DNA of 55,065 nucleotides from Candidatus Hydrogenedentota bacterium (GCA_034408725.1 JAWXCN010000113.1:1-55065); one strand, 5' to 3'; counted from the first letter of the stretch, positions 20,399-31,385 are shown. Numbers and translations: made by a program. The notes: generated by a model from the sequence alone, not told the origin.

Positions 20399-21640
20399 AT
20401 GACCACCATTTCCGGGGACAAGGCGGGTACGGCAGCGAAATCCGCGCTGGAAACCAATGAGGGATTGCTTCGGCTCGCGCCGACGTGGGTGCCGCGGTCG
20501 TTCCTCCAGCCCGGCCGGCGTTTGAAGCTGCATCCGGAAGATTATTATGCGCTGGGGAAGAACCGGGGCGGCATTGATGAGCGCTGGTTCGGCTCCACCA
20601 CCGCCGCGGACAACGAAGGCGCTCCGCCCGACGAAGGTCTGAGCTATGTCGTACACGATCGCGCACGCTTCACTTTGCGCGATGCTGTCGAAAATCTGGG
20701 CGCGGATATTATCGGCACGTCGATCTGGAACAAATATAAGCGCTGGCCAGTCTATTCGAAATTTTTCGACAACATGGGCCCCATTCCGCACCACCACCAC
20801 CAAAGCGCGGAACAGGCCGCGCTGGTCGGCCGCGAGGGCAAACCGGAATCGTATTATTTCCCGCCGCAGCTCAATACCATCGGCAACAACTTTCCGCACA
20901 CATTCTTCGGGCTTGAACCGGGTACGACGAAAGAAGACGTCATCAAGTGTCTCGATAAATGGAATTGCGGCGATAACGGCATCCTCGATCTCTCGAAAGC
21001 CTATCGGCTGAAGCCGGGCACCGGCTGGCTCGTAGGGCCATGCATCTTGCACGCGCCAGGTTCGTTGTTGACCTATGAGCCGCAATGGGGCAGCGACGTG
21101 TTCTCCATGTTCCAGTCGCTGGTCGAAGGGCGCGAAGTGTGGAAACATCTCCTCGTGAAAGATATTCCGAAGGACAAGCAGGACGACAACGAATACATCG
21201 TGGAACAGCTCGATTGGGAAGCGAACGTCAATCCGAATTTCAAGGACAGCCATTACCTCGAACCCATCCCCGACGGCGATACGGAAAGTTCGGGATACGT
21301 CGATCGCTGGGTGGTCTACGGCGAAGTGCGCGGCGAACAATTGTTCAGCGCGAAGGAACTGACCGTCGCTCCCGGCGCAAAGGTAACGATCAAAGACAAC
21401 GGCGCGTCTGGCGTTATCCTCATGCAGGGCCGCGGGAAGATCGGCAACCTGCCGTTCGAATGCCCGCAGTTAATCCGATTCGGCGAACTGACCGAAGACG
21501 AGATATTCATCACCGAGAAGCGCGCGAAGGCAGGCTATACCGTCGAGAACCTCGGCAAGGAATGTCCGCTGGTAATGCTGCGGTATTTCGGTCCCGGCGT
21601 GCATCCAAAGTTGCCAAAGGTGGGCGAACACAAGAAATAG
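20399..21640 (+). CDS. Cupin-fold protein, mannose-6-phosphate isomerase-like
   Basis: ERW, PHHHHQ, KPESYY, LHAPG and EPQWGSD resemble class I PMI metal motifs; AAGGAG RBS. Confidence 0.65.
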   Translation: MTTISGDKAGTAAKSALETNEGLLRLAPTWVPRSFLQPGRRLKLHPEDYYALGKNRGGIDERWFGSTTAADNEGAPPDEGLSYVVHDRARFTLRDAVENLGADIIGTSIWNKYKRWPVYSKFFDNMGPIPHHHHQSAEQAALVGREGKPESYYFPPQLNTIGNNFPHTFFGLEPGTTKEDVIKCLDKWNCGDNGILDLSKAYRLKPGTGWLVGPCILHAPGSLLTYEPQWGSDVFSMFQSLVEGREVWKHLLVKDIPKDKQDDNEYIVEQLDWEANVNPNFKDSHYLEPIPDGDTESSGYVDRWVVYGEVRGEQLFSAKELTVAPGAKVTIKDNGASGVILMQGRGKIGNLPFECPQLIRFGELTEDEIFITEKRAKAGYTVENLGKECPLVMLRYFGPGVHPKLPKVGEHKK

Positions 21641-21701
21641 AAATGGGCGTACCCCCAAGCTCACAAAAGGCGGTCTTGGAGGCACGATGGAGGATTGACA
21701 C

Positions 21702-21926
21702 ATGCGATTTAAGGTCAGTGTCATGATCGAAAAAGACGATAACGGGTACTACGCGTGGTGTCCGGACCTTGAGGGTTGTCATTCCCAGGGCGATACGTTC
21801 GAGGAGATTGTTGCCAATATTAAGGAAGCCATCGAGGCGTACATTGAGGCATCGACTCCCGAGGAAAGAGAAGAGTATCGACAGAAAGAGATATTTACAA
21901 CGGCGATCGAGGTAGAGGTTGCCTAA
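21702..21926 (+). CDS. hicB: HicB family antitoxin (short, no DNA-binding domain)
   Basis: YYAWCPDLEGCHSQGDTFEEIVANIKEAIEAY; GGAGG RBS. Confidence 0.9.
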   Translation: MRFKVSVMIEKDDNGYYAWCPDLEGCHSQGDTFEEIVANIKEAIEAYIEASTPEEREEYRQKEIFTTAIEVEVA

Positions 21927-22143
21927 ACAGTCTCGAATCACGGCGGCGGAAGCTGAACGTCTTTTGCTTAAGGCAGGGTTCAGTATGACATGCGGCAAAG
22001 GCAGCCACCGGGTTTACAGAAAGGGTCGAACGAAAGTGGTAGTCCCGTTCCACGGAAACCGAACGCTGCACCCGGGTATTGCCGCGCAAATATTCGCTGC
22101 TATCCGCGAAGACGTCGAAGCAGACGAAACCGGTAAGACTTGA
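21919..22143 (+). CDS. hicA: HicA family mRNA interferase toxin
   Basis: LLKAGF...KGSH...VVVPFHG...LHPG motifs; overlaps hicB. Confidence 0.88.
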   Translation: MPKQSRITAAEAERLLLKAGFSMTCGKGSHRVYRKGRTKVVVPFHGNRTLHPGIAAQIFAAIREDVEADETGKT

Positions 22144-22155
22144 GGTATTCGGAAC

Positions 22156-22620
22156 GTGCATGACGTTGCCTTTCAAGATGCGATTCCCGGCAACCACTGC
22201 TACGGCTGCGGGCCGGAGAATCCCAAAGGCTTGCAAATCAAAAGCTATTGGGACGGCGACGAATCGATATGCGAGTTCCAGCCGCGCCCGGAGCATTCCG
22301 CGGGACCGGCGCAGTACCTCAACGGCGGCATCATCGCGACACTGATTGACTGCCATTGCATCTGCACGGCTATCGCGAATGCTTATCGCGCGGAGGGTCG
22401 TGACTTCGGCGCCGCGCCGGAGATCTGGTACGTCACCGGCACGCTGAATGTAAGTTATTCGAAACCAACGCCGATTGATTGCCCGGTCACCCTGCGCGCA
22501 CGAATCATCGAAGAAAAACCGAAGAAGACGGTGCTGCATTGCTCGCTGCTGTCGGACGGCGTGGAATGTGCGAAGGGAGAAGTCATCGCCGTGCGCGTTC
22601 CGGATGATTGGCGCGTATGA
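22156..22620 (+). CDS. PaaI-family hotdog-fold thioesterase
   Basis: CYGCGPENPKGL, LNGGIIATLID and VTGTLNVSYSKPTP motifs. Confidence 0.85.
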   Translation: MHDVAFQDAIPGNHCYGCGPENPKGLQIKSYWDGDESICEFQPRPEHSAGPAQYLNGGIIATLIDCHCICTAIANAYRAEGRDFGAAPEIWYVTGTLNVSYSKPTPIDCPVTLRARIIEEKPKKTVLHCSLLSDGVECAKGEVIAVRVPDDWRV

Positions 22621-22642
22621 TGAATTTTTTTTGGGATCGTTT

Positions 22643-22819
22643 ATGAAGCGGCAATTGACAGCGGGCGTATGGCAGGAATGCGAATGGTTTGTCGCTCAGT
22701 GCATGGAAGTCGACGTCGCCAGCCAGGGCGAATCCGACGACGAAGCGATAGCGAATCTGCGCGAAGCCATAGAACTGCATTTTACGCCGCCAGTCGCAAC
22801 CGATATAGTCAAAACGTAA
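22643..22819 (+). pseudogene. Orphan, probably truncated HicB-family antitoxin
   Basis: WFVAQCMEVDVASQGESDDEAIANLREAIELH in only 58 aa; no partner toxin follows. Confidence 0.7.
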
Positions 22820-22926
22820 AAGCGAAAATCATATGTCCCATTACGTCCTATAATTCCCATGAACCATGAAACTCACTTGGGCTAAGTAGCGCGCCGTTAG
22901 GCGAATTTTCGAAAAGGAGAATTTTA

Positions 22927-23973
<1,047 letters not shown>

Positions 23974-23980
23974 GAGGTGC

Positions 23981-24694
23981 GTCCACAGATTACACAGATT
24001 TGCACAGATTAAATTCAGGAGAGTTACGGAAATTCTTTCGCTAGAAGCTTCTTCACAAAACAAATTATATATTCTTAAATCTGTATGTATTAATCTTAAA
24101 ATCTGTGTAATCTGTGGACACAATTTTAGAAAGCAGAAAATGAGTGAAGAGCGCGACCCGCAGACTTACGCAATACTCGGTGCTTGCTATGCCGTTCACG
24201 GAGAAAAGGCATGTGGCTTTTTCGAACCTGTTTATCACGAATGTCTGGAGATCGAGTTCAACCACTGCGGAATTCCGTTCGTGCATGAATGCCCGTTTCC
24301 CTTGGACTATCGAAATATGCCGTTGCAATCAAAGTATTTCGCGGGTTTCGTTTGTTATTCGGAAGTGATTGTGGAATTAAAGGCGGTCGATAAACTAACG
24401 GATAAGCACGTTGCTCAGACAATAAACTATTTGAAGGCTTCGGGACTTCGCCGTGCATTGCTCGTAAACTTCGGAACTACGAGCTTGGAGTTTAAGCGGA
24501 TCGTCCGCTAATACATTTGTCCACAGATTACGCATTCACACAGATTGAATTCAGAAGAATTCTTGAACTTGTCCGTTACTCCTTCTTCTTGGATGGAAAT
24601 AGTGTGCTCTTAAATCTGTGCAATCTGTGGACAGAACTTTTTTGAATTGCAATTAATTGCTTAAAATCTGTGTAAATCTGCGTAATCTGTGGAC
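23981..24694. mobile_element. AT-rich cassette bounded by 30-bp imperfect terminal inverted repeats (CACAGATT-type repeats), carrying a GxxExxY gene
   Basis: gtccacagattacacagatttgcacagatt (23981-24010) matches the reverse complement of 24665-24694 at 28/30; inner copies at about 24100-24120, 24519-24546 and 24612-24632. Confidence 0.65.
24140..24511 (+). CDS. GxxExxY protein (PD-(D/E)XK nuclease fold)
   Basis: GFFEPVY, VIVELKAV, AQTINYLKASG and LLVNFG motifs. Confidence 0.92.
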   Translation: MSEERDPQTYAILGACYAVHGEKACGFFEPVYHECLEIEFNHCGIPFVHECPFPLDYRNMPLQSKYFAGFVCYSEVIVELKAVDKLTDKHVAQTINYLKASGLRRALLVNFGTTSLEFKRIVR

Positions 24695-26156
24695 AGCGCT
24701 CTTATTGCTTTTGTTCGCCGGCACGCTGTTTTGGAACTTGGGTGGTCGGCTGCTGTGGGGCGACGAAGCCGAGACCGCCGTGCTTGCCGTCAACATTACC
24801 AAGTTTGGCGTCCCGAAGGCATTCGACGGAGTCAATTACATAACGCTGATAGGTCCGGGCAAGGACACCAACAGCGATCATATCTGGATATGGTCGCCGT
24901 GGCTCGATGAGTATTTTGCCGCGGCGTCGTTCGCGATACTTGGAGACACACCATTCGCGGCGCGTTTGCCGTTTGCATTGATTGGCCTTGCCGCTTCAAT
25001 CTTCTTCGCATTCGTTACACAACAACTGTTCAAGCGTCCCGAAGCAACCCTGTTCGCGACACTGCTGTTTGTGACCAACGCATCCCTCATTCTTCACTTT
25101 CGCCAATGCCGCTATTACTCAATCGTTGTCCTCGCCCAGTTGGCGCTGATATACGGCTACTATCTCGTTTATAACCGGCGCGCAAAGCCCGGCGTTGCAC
25201 TGTTGGTGGCCGCCTTGGTCGCGCAGTGGTATTGCAATTACATTCTCTCCGCGTGCAACGCTTTCGCGCTCGTTTTGTCGATCTTCGCGTTTCGCTCCTA
25301 TGCGCCGTGGCTGACGAAACCTTTGTTGTTTGCTCTCGTCGTCTTCGTAACGCTGGCCGCGCCGTGGTTGCTCTATGCGCGGCCAAGCCAGCAGGCCAGC
25401 CTCATTGGGTTCGAGGATTTCGGAAAGAAGTGCGTCTTCTACGCCGAATATGTGTCTTCGTACGTTGCGCCGATCCTCATCGGCATCGGCCTTATCAGAG
25501 CGCAGTCCAGGAAGACAAACAAGCAGACAGTACAGTTGCTCGATGACGAACGTTTAGGGCTTTACTTCTTCCTGCTGCCTCTATTTGTCGCGCACGCGAC
25601 GGTGCTCCTCATTACGCCCGGCTACTTCTATCGCTACCTCGTCCCCCTGATCCCGATACTGATTCTCTACCTTGCGCATATGACAAGTCTTATTGTAGAC
25701 CGTCGCATCCGGTACGGCGTCATGGCCGCAATTTTCGCGCTATACAACCTCTACCCTTTTGTGCGCGTGGTGCAGGACATCGCCACCCCATATCAAAACG
25801 CGTTGACCCCACTCATCGCATACCTTAATACCCATGCAAGGCCTGGTGACTCCCTTTACGTTCAGGACCCGGCGTTACCGATTATTTTCCACACCGATCT
25901 GAAAGTGATTGACGGCAGACTGACCCGGCGCCTTGATATGAACGATTTGCCAGACTGGATTCTCCCCGATAGTCCCACGGCCATCGGTCCCGTCAAGCCC
26001 CTGACCCTGCCACCGCAGCTTGCATCGCGCTACGAAACCGTCATACTCCAGGTGCCCGATAGTCCGAAGGGAGATAGCCGACCGGACCCGGCATTTCACC
26101 AATGGCTAACGAATCCTGCCGTGCGAGACTTGGTTATCCATAAGAGAAAAAGCTAG
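24657..26156 (+). CDS. GT39/ArnT-like membrane glycosyltransferase; start uncertain
   Basis: LWGDEAE, FAARLPF and RQCRYYS motifs; many TM segments. Confidence 0.8.
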   Translation: MLKICVNLRNLWTALLLLLFAGTLFWNLGGRLLWGDEAETAVLAVNITKFGVPKAFDGVNYITLIGPGKDTNSDHIWIWSPWLDEYFAAASFAILGDTPFAARLPFALIGLAASIFFAFVTQQLFKRPEATLFATLLFVTNASLILHFRQCRYYSIVVLAQLALIYGYYLVYNRRAKPGVALLVAALVAQWYCNYILSACNAFALVLSIFAFRSYAPWLTKPLLFALVVFVTLAAPWLLYARPSQQASLIGFEDFGKKCVFYAEYVSSYVAPILIGIGLIRAQSRKTNKQTVQLLDDERLGLYFFLLPLFVAHATVLLITPGYFYRYLVPLIPILILYLAHMTSLIVDRRIRYGVMAAIFALYNLYPFVRVVQDIATPYQNALTPLIAYLNTHARPGDSLYVQDPALPIIFHTDLKVIDGRLTRRLDMNDLPDWILPDSPTAIGPVKPLTLPPQLASRYETVILQVPDSPKGDSRPDPAFHQWLTNPAVRDLVIHKRKS

Positions 26157-26209
26157 CGCGTATTTGGCACAATGGCGGCCAATGTTAATCGCGAGGGAGG
26201 AGTTCTGAT

Positions 26210-27358
26210 ATGGCGAAGAAAAAACTGAACGTCGGAATGATTGGTTACGGCTTCATGGGCCGCGCGCATTCAAATGGTTTCCGCCGTGTAGGAAACTTTT
26301 TCGATCTGGAATATGAACCCGTGTTGAAAGCGGCGTGTGCCCGCGACTCCGAAAAAATTAAAACATTCGCGGACACCTGGGGCTACGAGTCAACCGAGAC
26401 CGATTGGCGCAAGTTGATCGAACGCAAGGACATCGACTGCATCGACATCGCTTGCCCGAACAACCTGCACCACGACATCGCCATCGCCGCCGCCGAAGCC
26501 GGCAAGATGATCCTCTGCGAAAAACCTCTCGCGATGAACGGCAAGGAAGGCGAGGCGATGTGCAAGGCCGTCGAAAAGGCCGGCACAATCAACAGCGTTT
26601 GGTACAACTACCGGCGCGTGCCCGCGGTTTCGCTCGCAAAGAAACTCATCGACGAAGGACGACTCGGGAAAATCTTTCATTACCGCGCAGTCTTTCTACA
26701 GGACTGGACCATCTCCGAGGACTTGCCGCAAGGCGGTCAAGGTCTTTGGCGGCTCGACGCGGCGGCAGCAGGCAGCGGCGTCACGGGCGATTTGCTGGCG
26801 CACTGCATCGACACGGCCATCTGGCTCAATGGATCGTTCGCCGACGTTACAGCGATGACGGAAACATTCATCAAGGAACGCACGCACACTGAGACGGGCA
26901 AAAAACAGGCGGTGAAAATCGACGACGCCTGCGCATTTCTCGCGCACTTCAAGAATGGTTCACTCGCGACTTTCGAATCCACCCGGTACGCACGCGGCCA
27001 CAAGGCGCTCTACACATTCGAGATCAATGGCGAGCATGCTTCGATCCAATGGGACCTGCACGACCTCCATCGTCTGAACTGGTTTGATCATCGCGACGAA
27101 TCCATCGTGCGCGGGTGGCGCTCAATCCACGTCACCGACGGCGACATGCCGTACATGGATAAGTGGTGGGTGCCGGGCCTGCAAATCGGCTACGAGCATA
27201 CTTTCGTGCATCAGGTCGCGGACTTTCTCGAAAACGCCGCGAAAGGCCAATCCACCGCGCCTACGTTCCGCGACGCGCTCGAAACCCAGTACGTTTGCGA
27301 CGCAGTGCTCGATTCCGCTAAATCCGGCAAGTGGGAAAACGTCGCAGCCGTGAGGTAA
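26210..27358 (+). CDS. Gfo/Idh/MocA family oxidoreductase
   Basis: [15 protein letters not shown] and DLLAH motifs; GGAGGAG RBS. Confidence 0.92.
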   Translation: MAKKKLNVGMIGYGFMGRAHSNGFRRVGNFFDLEYEPVLKAACARDSEKIKTFADTWGYESTETDWRKLIERKDIDCIDIACPNNLHHDIAIAAAEAGKMILCEKPLAMNGKEGEAMCKAVEKAGTINSVWYNYRRVPAVSLAKKLIDEGRLGKIFHYRAVFLQDWTISEDLPQGGQGLWRLDAAAAGSGVTGDLLAHCIDTAIWLNGSFADVTAMTETFIKERTHTETGKKQAVKIDDACAFLAHFKNGSLATFESTRYARGHKALYTFEINGEHASIQWDLHDLHRLNWFDHRDESIVRGWRSIHVTDGDMPYMDKWWVPGLQIGYEHTFVHQVADFLENAAKGQSTAPTFRDALETQYVCDAVLDSAKSGKWENVAAVR

Positions 27359-27380
27359 GCGTATTACGCTAGTTTGTCGC

Positions 27381-27416
27381 GCCTGCCGGTCGCATGCCCG
27401 GCGGGCCTTTCATTTT
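27381..27416. terminator. Hairpin terminator between convergent genes
   Basis: gcctgccgg-loop-ccggcgggc followed by ctttcatttt. Confidence 0.55.
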
Positions 27417-28935
27417 ACTTGACGCGATGAAACAAACGCACGGGCGGCGTACCTTCCGGTGTGACGAAATAGTGTTCACGCACGTCTTCACGATTCTCGT
27501 AAGGCAGATCGGGAGCATCAAGCGGTATCATCTCGAACCTGTCTGTCGTGATAATGGTCTGCATAAATTTATACAGCTCCGCTTTCGTATGGCCCATTGG
27601 CGTGTTTCGCGGAACGCACCAAGTCGCATTCCCCGCCCCCCGAAGCGTTTCTTCCGTCAGTCCTACTCCGTACACGCGCAGTTCAGGCAGATAAAACTTC
27701 ACCGGCATGTCGCCGTAGGTGATGAATACAATGTCACCGGATTCTCCATGTTCCCGCAGGTGCTCGACGATGCCTCGGATCGGCCCGTTGTGCGGTTGCA
27801 GCAATTCGGCCGGCAGTTTTGCGAGGCCCATGGGAATGAGATACCAAATGCCGAGCGCGAGCGCCGCGAGTGTGCCCAGTTCGCGCGATGTACGAAACAC
27901 GCTAATCAGGATGGGCGCTCCTATAACCGCGGCCAGCGGCGGAAATGGCGCAAGATAGCGGAAGAACGTGTACGGCGCGCGCGCAGCCAACAATGCCAAT
28001 CCAATCGCGACAAGCAGCGCGATCAGGTAGGCGCCCGCGCGCTGGTCGCGCTCAAGCGTGACAATCGCAATACCTTTTCGCTTACGCGCCACCGCCAAGG
28101 CAAATGCCGCGACAATGATTACTGGCGTGAACACATGTGCCACCATGCGCCACGCAAACCACAACCCAAAACCCAGCATGCGCTCCACCGTCGCGGCATG
28201 CCCGTACTCGATCACCGCTGAAATCCATATCACCCACGGAATATGAATCACGGCTACTGCAACCGCCGGAATCATCACCTGCTTCCACAACGCCCGTTCC
28301 CAGATCGCCATGTGTACAACTACCGCCGCGAGAAAAACCGCCGCATACAAATGCAGCGTGTGCATCAACAAAGTCGCGACAATGGCCAAGGCATAGGGCG
28401 CCCACTTTTTCCCGCGCACCAGTTCGACGTACACCCACACACCCAGCAACAGAAAAAATGCCAACGGACTGTAATACCGGCATTGACGCACCAATAGCAG
28501 ATACGGAACTGAAAATGTCAGCATGCCCGCCGCGATCACTGCTGTCGAACGGCATCGCCACAGCGATAGCGACAACAGATACGTCGCCACCACGGTTGCG
28601 ATTCCTATTACTACGAACGGAAACCGCGCGGTCCACGTCGATTCGCCGAGCGTGGCAAACGCGCCGGCGCTGATGTAGAACGGCAACCAGGGATGGTACC
28701 GGAAGGTGTCGTCCGGGCCGACGTCGTGACCCTGCTCCTGCGACGTCGAATTGAGCCCGTCCCTCCCCATCGGCACGCCGTGCGAGAGAATGGTTCGCGA
28801 CAGCAGCGCGTGCTGCGCCTCATCCTGCCAGAGATAAGATCGATCCAGATTAGGCAAAAGTAGTAATGAAGCGACAACCGCGACGCCAAGTGGTATCAAC
28901 AAACCGCCGACGCCTGAGTTTGCCAATCGTTGCAC
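27415..28935 (-). CDS. GT39/ArnT-like membrane glycosyltransferase; start uncertain
   Basis: LWQDEAQ, WTARFPF and RQCRYYS motifs, shared with 24657-26156; GTG 28935 after GGGGA (ORF open to 29007). Confidence 0.8.
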   Translation of the reverse strand: MQRLANSGVGGLLIPLGVAVVASLLLLPNLDRSYLWQDEAQHALLSRTILSHGVPMGRDGLNSTSQEQGHDVGPDDTFRYHPWLPFYISAGAFATLGESTWTARFPFVVIGIATVVATYLLSLSLWRCRSTAVIAAGMLTFSVPYLLLVRQCRYYSPLAFFLLLGVWVYVELVRGKKWAPYALAIVATLLMHTLHLYAAVFLAAVVVHMAIWERALWKQVMIPAVAVAVIHIPWVIWISAVIEYGHAATVERMLGFGLWFAWRMVAHVFTPVIIVAAFALAVARKRKGIAIVTLERDQRAGAYLIALLVAIGLALLAARAPYTFFRYLAPFPPLAAVIGAPILISVFRTSRELGTLAALALGIWYLIPMGLAKLPAELLQPHNGPIRGIVEHLREHGESGDIVFITYGDMPVKFYLPELRVYGVGLTEETLRGAGNATWCVPRNTPMGHTKAELYKFMQTIITTDRFEMIPLDAPDLPYENREDVREHYFVTPEGTPPVRLFHRVK

Positions 28936-29013
28936 TCGATTCCCCGCTGCGGCAATCCGCGTTTCACGCCCTGCCGGATTATAGGGTCGCGCGCTGCGCC
29001 CGGCCAAATAACG

Positions 29014-29620
29014 GCCTTGGAGTGCGGTAGCGGGTAGCTACCGCTTTTACTTCAAGCGACCAGCAGCGCCAAGCTTCCAGTCCAGACCACGCGCAATCCG
29101 AATTGAAAGCGATAGCTGCGTCCGAAGCGGCCTCCGCTACCGCAGTCCAAGGCGCTGGAGTTTGCTGAGAAGCCTATTTGGACTGCGGTGGCCCCCAAGG
29201 CGCCGCTTTGGCTGTTTATCACAGTTGGCCTACCCTTGCAGTGCGCGTACGACGTCGTCGCCCCTAAACAGCCAAAGCGGTGTCTGCGCTACCCGCTTCG
29301 CCACCGCAGTCCAAATAGCGCACTTTCCAACTCAACGGTCAGTCCATTTTGGAGTGCGGTAGCGGGTAGCTACCGCTTTCACTTCAAGCGACCAGCAGCG
29401 CCACGCCGCATCAGTCCAGACCACGCGCAATCCGAATTGAAAGCGGTAGCTGCGTCCGAAGGCGGACTCCGCTACCGCAGTCCAAGGCCGTGGAGTGCGG
29501 TAGCGGTAGCTACCGCTTTCACTTCAAGCGACCAGCAGCGCCACGCATCAGTCCAGACCACGCGCAAACCGAAGCGAAAGCGATAGCTGCGTCCGAAGCG
29601 GACTGCACTACCGCAATCAA
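29014..29620. repeat. Array of four REPIN-like elements (type I, II, I, I)
   Basis: Three near-identical ~135-bp units (ggagtgcggtagcgg(g)tagctaccgcttt-cacttcaagcgaccagcagcgcca...cagtccagaccacgcgcaa...aaagcg...ccgca) starting near 29016, 29349 and 29490, plus one type II unit at about 29177-29314. Confidence 0.93.
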
Positions 29621-29831
29621 CGGCCTAGCCTCTATTGTCTGGGATTGGCCCCACCCCCCCCCTCCTATGGAAGATCCCATTCTTCCTATAGGTCCCATTC
29701 GTCCCATACTCGTGGGATACCCCCAAACCCCGGTTTCCCGCCCGAGGCTATGCTGGATCGAACCCCCAATTGCGCGGTACACTTTCGCGCATTCTGTGTA
29801 TTTCCTGCATACTGCGGAGTTTTTGGGGCGT

Positions 29832-31313
29832 ATGGATACCTCGCATTACCGTGATTTGTTGTCGCGCTTCCCGAAGGCGCGGGTGTTGGTGGTCGGCGAT
29901 ATATATCTGGATGAAAACGTGTACGGCGCGGTCACGGGTATTAGTCTCGAAGCGCCGATCCCGATTTACGAAGTCCACGAGCGCCGGCATAACCCGGGCG
30001 CCGCGGGCAACGCGGCGTGCAACGCCGCGGCGTTAGGCGCGAAGACCTATATGATTGGCTATGTTGGAAACGACATGAACGCGGACGTCGTGCGCAAAGA
30101 ATTCGCCGCGCGCAACGTTGATACTACCGGGGTGGTGGTGCATCCCACGCGCGCGACGAACACCTACGGCAAATTACGCGCGGGCGGGTTCAACATTCCC
30201 GCGCAGGAAATTCTGCGCACGGACACGCCGGCGCCGGTGTTCGTTGAAGGCGACGTCGAAGACCAGATTATCGCAAACATCTGGCAGCGCGCGCCGGAAA
30301 TCGACGCAATCATTGTTACCGATCAAGTAAAGTCCGTGGCTACGCGGCGCGTGCTCGACGCAGTCGTGAAATGCGCGGAAAAATACAAGATCATCACCGT
30401 CGGCGATTCGCGGTCACGCGCGGGAGAGTTCCACGGGTTCGACGTGATGGTGCCGAACGATCGCGAGGCGGGCATTGGCACGGGCATTGACGTGCGCGAT
30501 GAGGCGACCTTGAACTCCGCCGGCGCCGCGTTGCTGAAAATCTGCAAAAACGCGCTCGTCACGCGAGGCCAGCACGGCATTCGTGTGTTCGCGTCGGATG
30601 GCGCGGTAGACGATTTTCCCACCACCGTTGATCCGGGATCAGTTATCGATGTCACCGGCGCGGGTGATACGGTCACGGCCGCGGTGGCGGTTTCGCTCGT
30701 GGCCGGCGCCACGCTCAAAGATGCGGCGGTCATCGGCAATTACGCGGCGGGTGTGGCGGTGGCCCAACTCGGCGTCGTGACGGTGCCACTCGGCCAACTC
30801 GAACGCGTAATGTTTAGCGCGTCCGTGCCTGCAAAGCTGAAACCGCTCGATGCGTTGCAAGGCGAACTCGATCGCCTGCGGCGCGAAGGCAAGCGCGTCG
30901 TGTGGACCAACGGATGTTTTGACATTTTGCACGTTGGGCACATTACGTATTTGCAGAAGGCCGCCGCGCTGGGCGACGTGCTGGTCGTCGGACTGAACAG
31001 TGACGCATCCGTGCGCAAAGTGAAAGGCCCCGAACGCCCGATCATCAACGAAATTGACCGCGCGTTCGTGTTGTCAGCGCTCGAATGTGTCGGGCTGGTG
31101 ACAATCTTCGACGAAGACTCGCCGCTCGAAATTCTGAAAACGCTTAAGCCCGACGTCTACGCCAAAGGCGGCGACTACACGCTCGACACCATCGTCCAAC
31201 CCGAACGGCGCGCGGTCGAGGCCTACGGCGGAAAAATCGCGATTCTCCCAGGCGTCGAAGGGCGCTCGACGACGAACATCATCGCGCGTATCAGCAAAGA
31301 CGCGGGGAAATAG
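29832..31313 (+). CDS. hldE: Bifunctional heptose 7-phosphate kinase / heptose 1-phosphate adenylyltransferase
   Basis: VLVVGDIYLD, ISLEAPIP, DVTGAGDT, TNGCFDILHVGH, GLNSDAS and KGGDY motifs. Confidence 0.92.
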   Translation: MDTSHYRDLLSRFPKARVLVVGDIYLDENVYGAVTGISLEAPIPIYEVHERRHNPGAAGNAACNAAALGAKTYMIGYVGNDMNADVVRKEFAARNVDTTGVVVHPTRATNTYGKLRAGGFNIPAQEILRTDTPAPVFVEGDVEDQIIANIWQRAPEIDAIIVTDQVKSVATRRVLDAVVKCAEKYKIITVGDSRSRAGEFHGFDVMVPNDREAGIGTGIDVRDEATLNSAGAALLKICKNALVTRGQHGIRVFASDGAVDDFPTTVDPGSVIDVTGAGDTVTAAVAVSLVAGATLKDAAVIGNYAAGVAVAQLGVVTVPLGQLERVMFSASVPAKLKPLDALQGELDRLRREGKRVVWTNGCFDILHVGHITYLQKAAALGDVLVVGLNSDASVRKVKGPERPIINEIDRAFVLSALECVGLVTIFDEDSPLEILKTLKPDVYAKGGDYTLDTIVQPERRAVEAYGGKIAILPGVEGRSTTNIIARISKDAGK

Positions 31314-31346
31314 GCCGGCTCCCCCGGACCAACTTCATTGCGGTAT

Positions 31347-31385
31347 AAAAAACCGGCCCCGCGCATGCTTCAATGAGCGGGGCCG
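31347..31385 (-). terminator. Rho-independent terminator
   Basis: aaaaaa-ccggccccgc...gcggggccg, i.e. a hairpin plus U-tract on the minus strand. Confidence 0.65.

Noticed and set aside
29014-29620. Possible CRISPR array
   Set aside because: Units are ~135-bp inverted-arm elements with near-identical interiors rather than unique spacers. No cas genes are present and the same elements are dispersed across the window.
29490-29831. 114-aa N-terminal extension of HldE
   Set aside because: It is translated REPIN and intergenic sequence; family similarity starts at ATG 29832.
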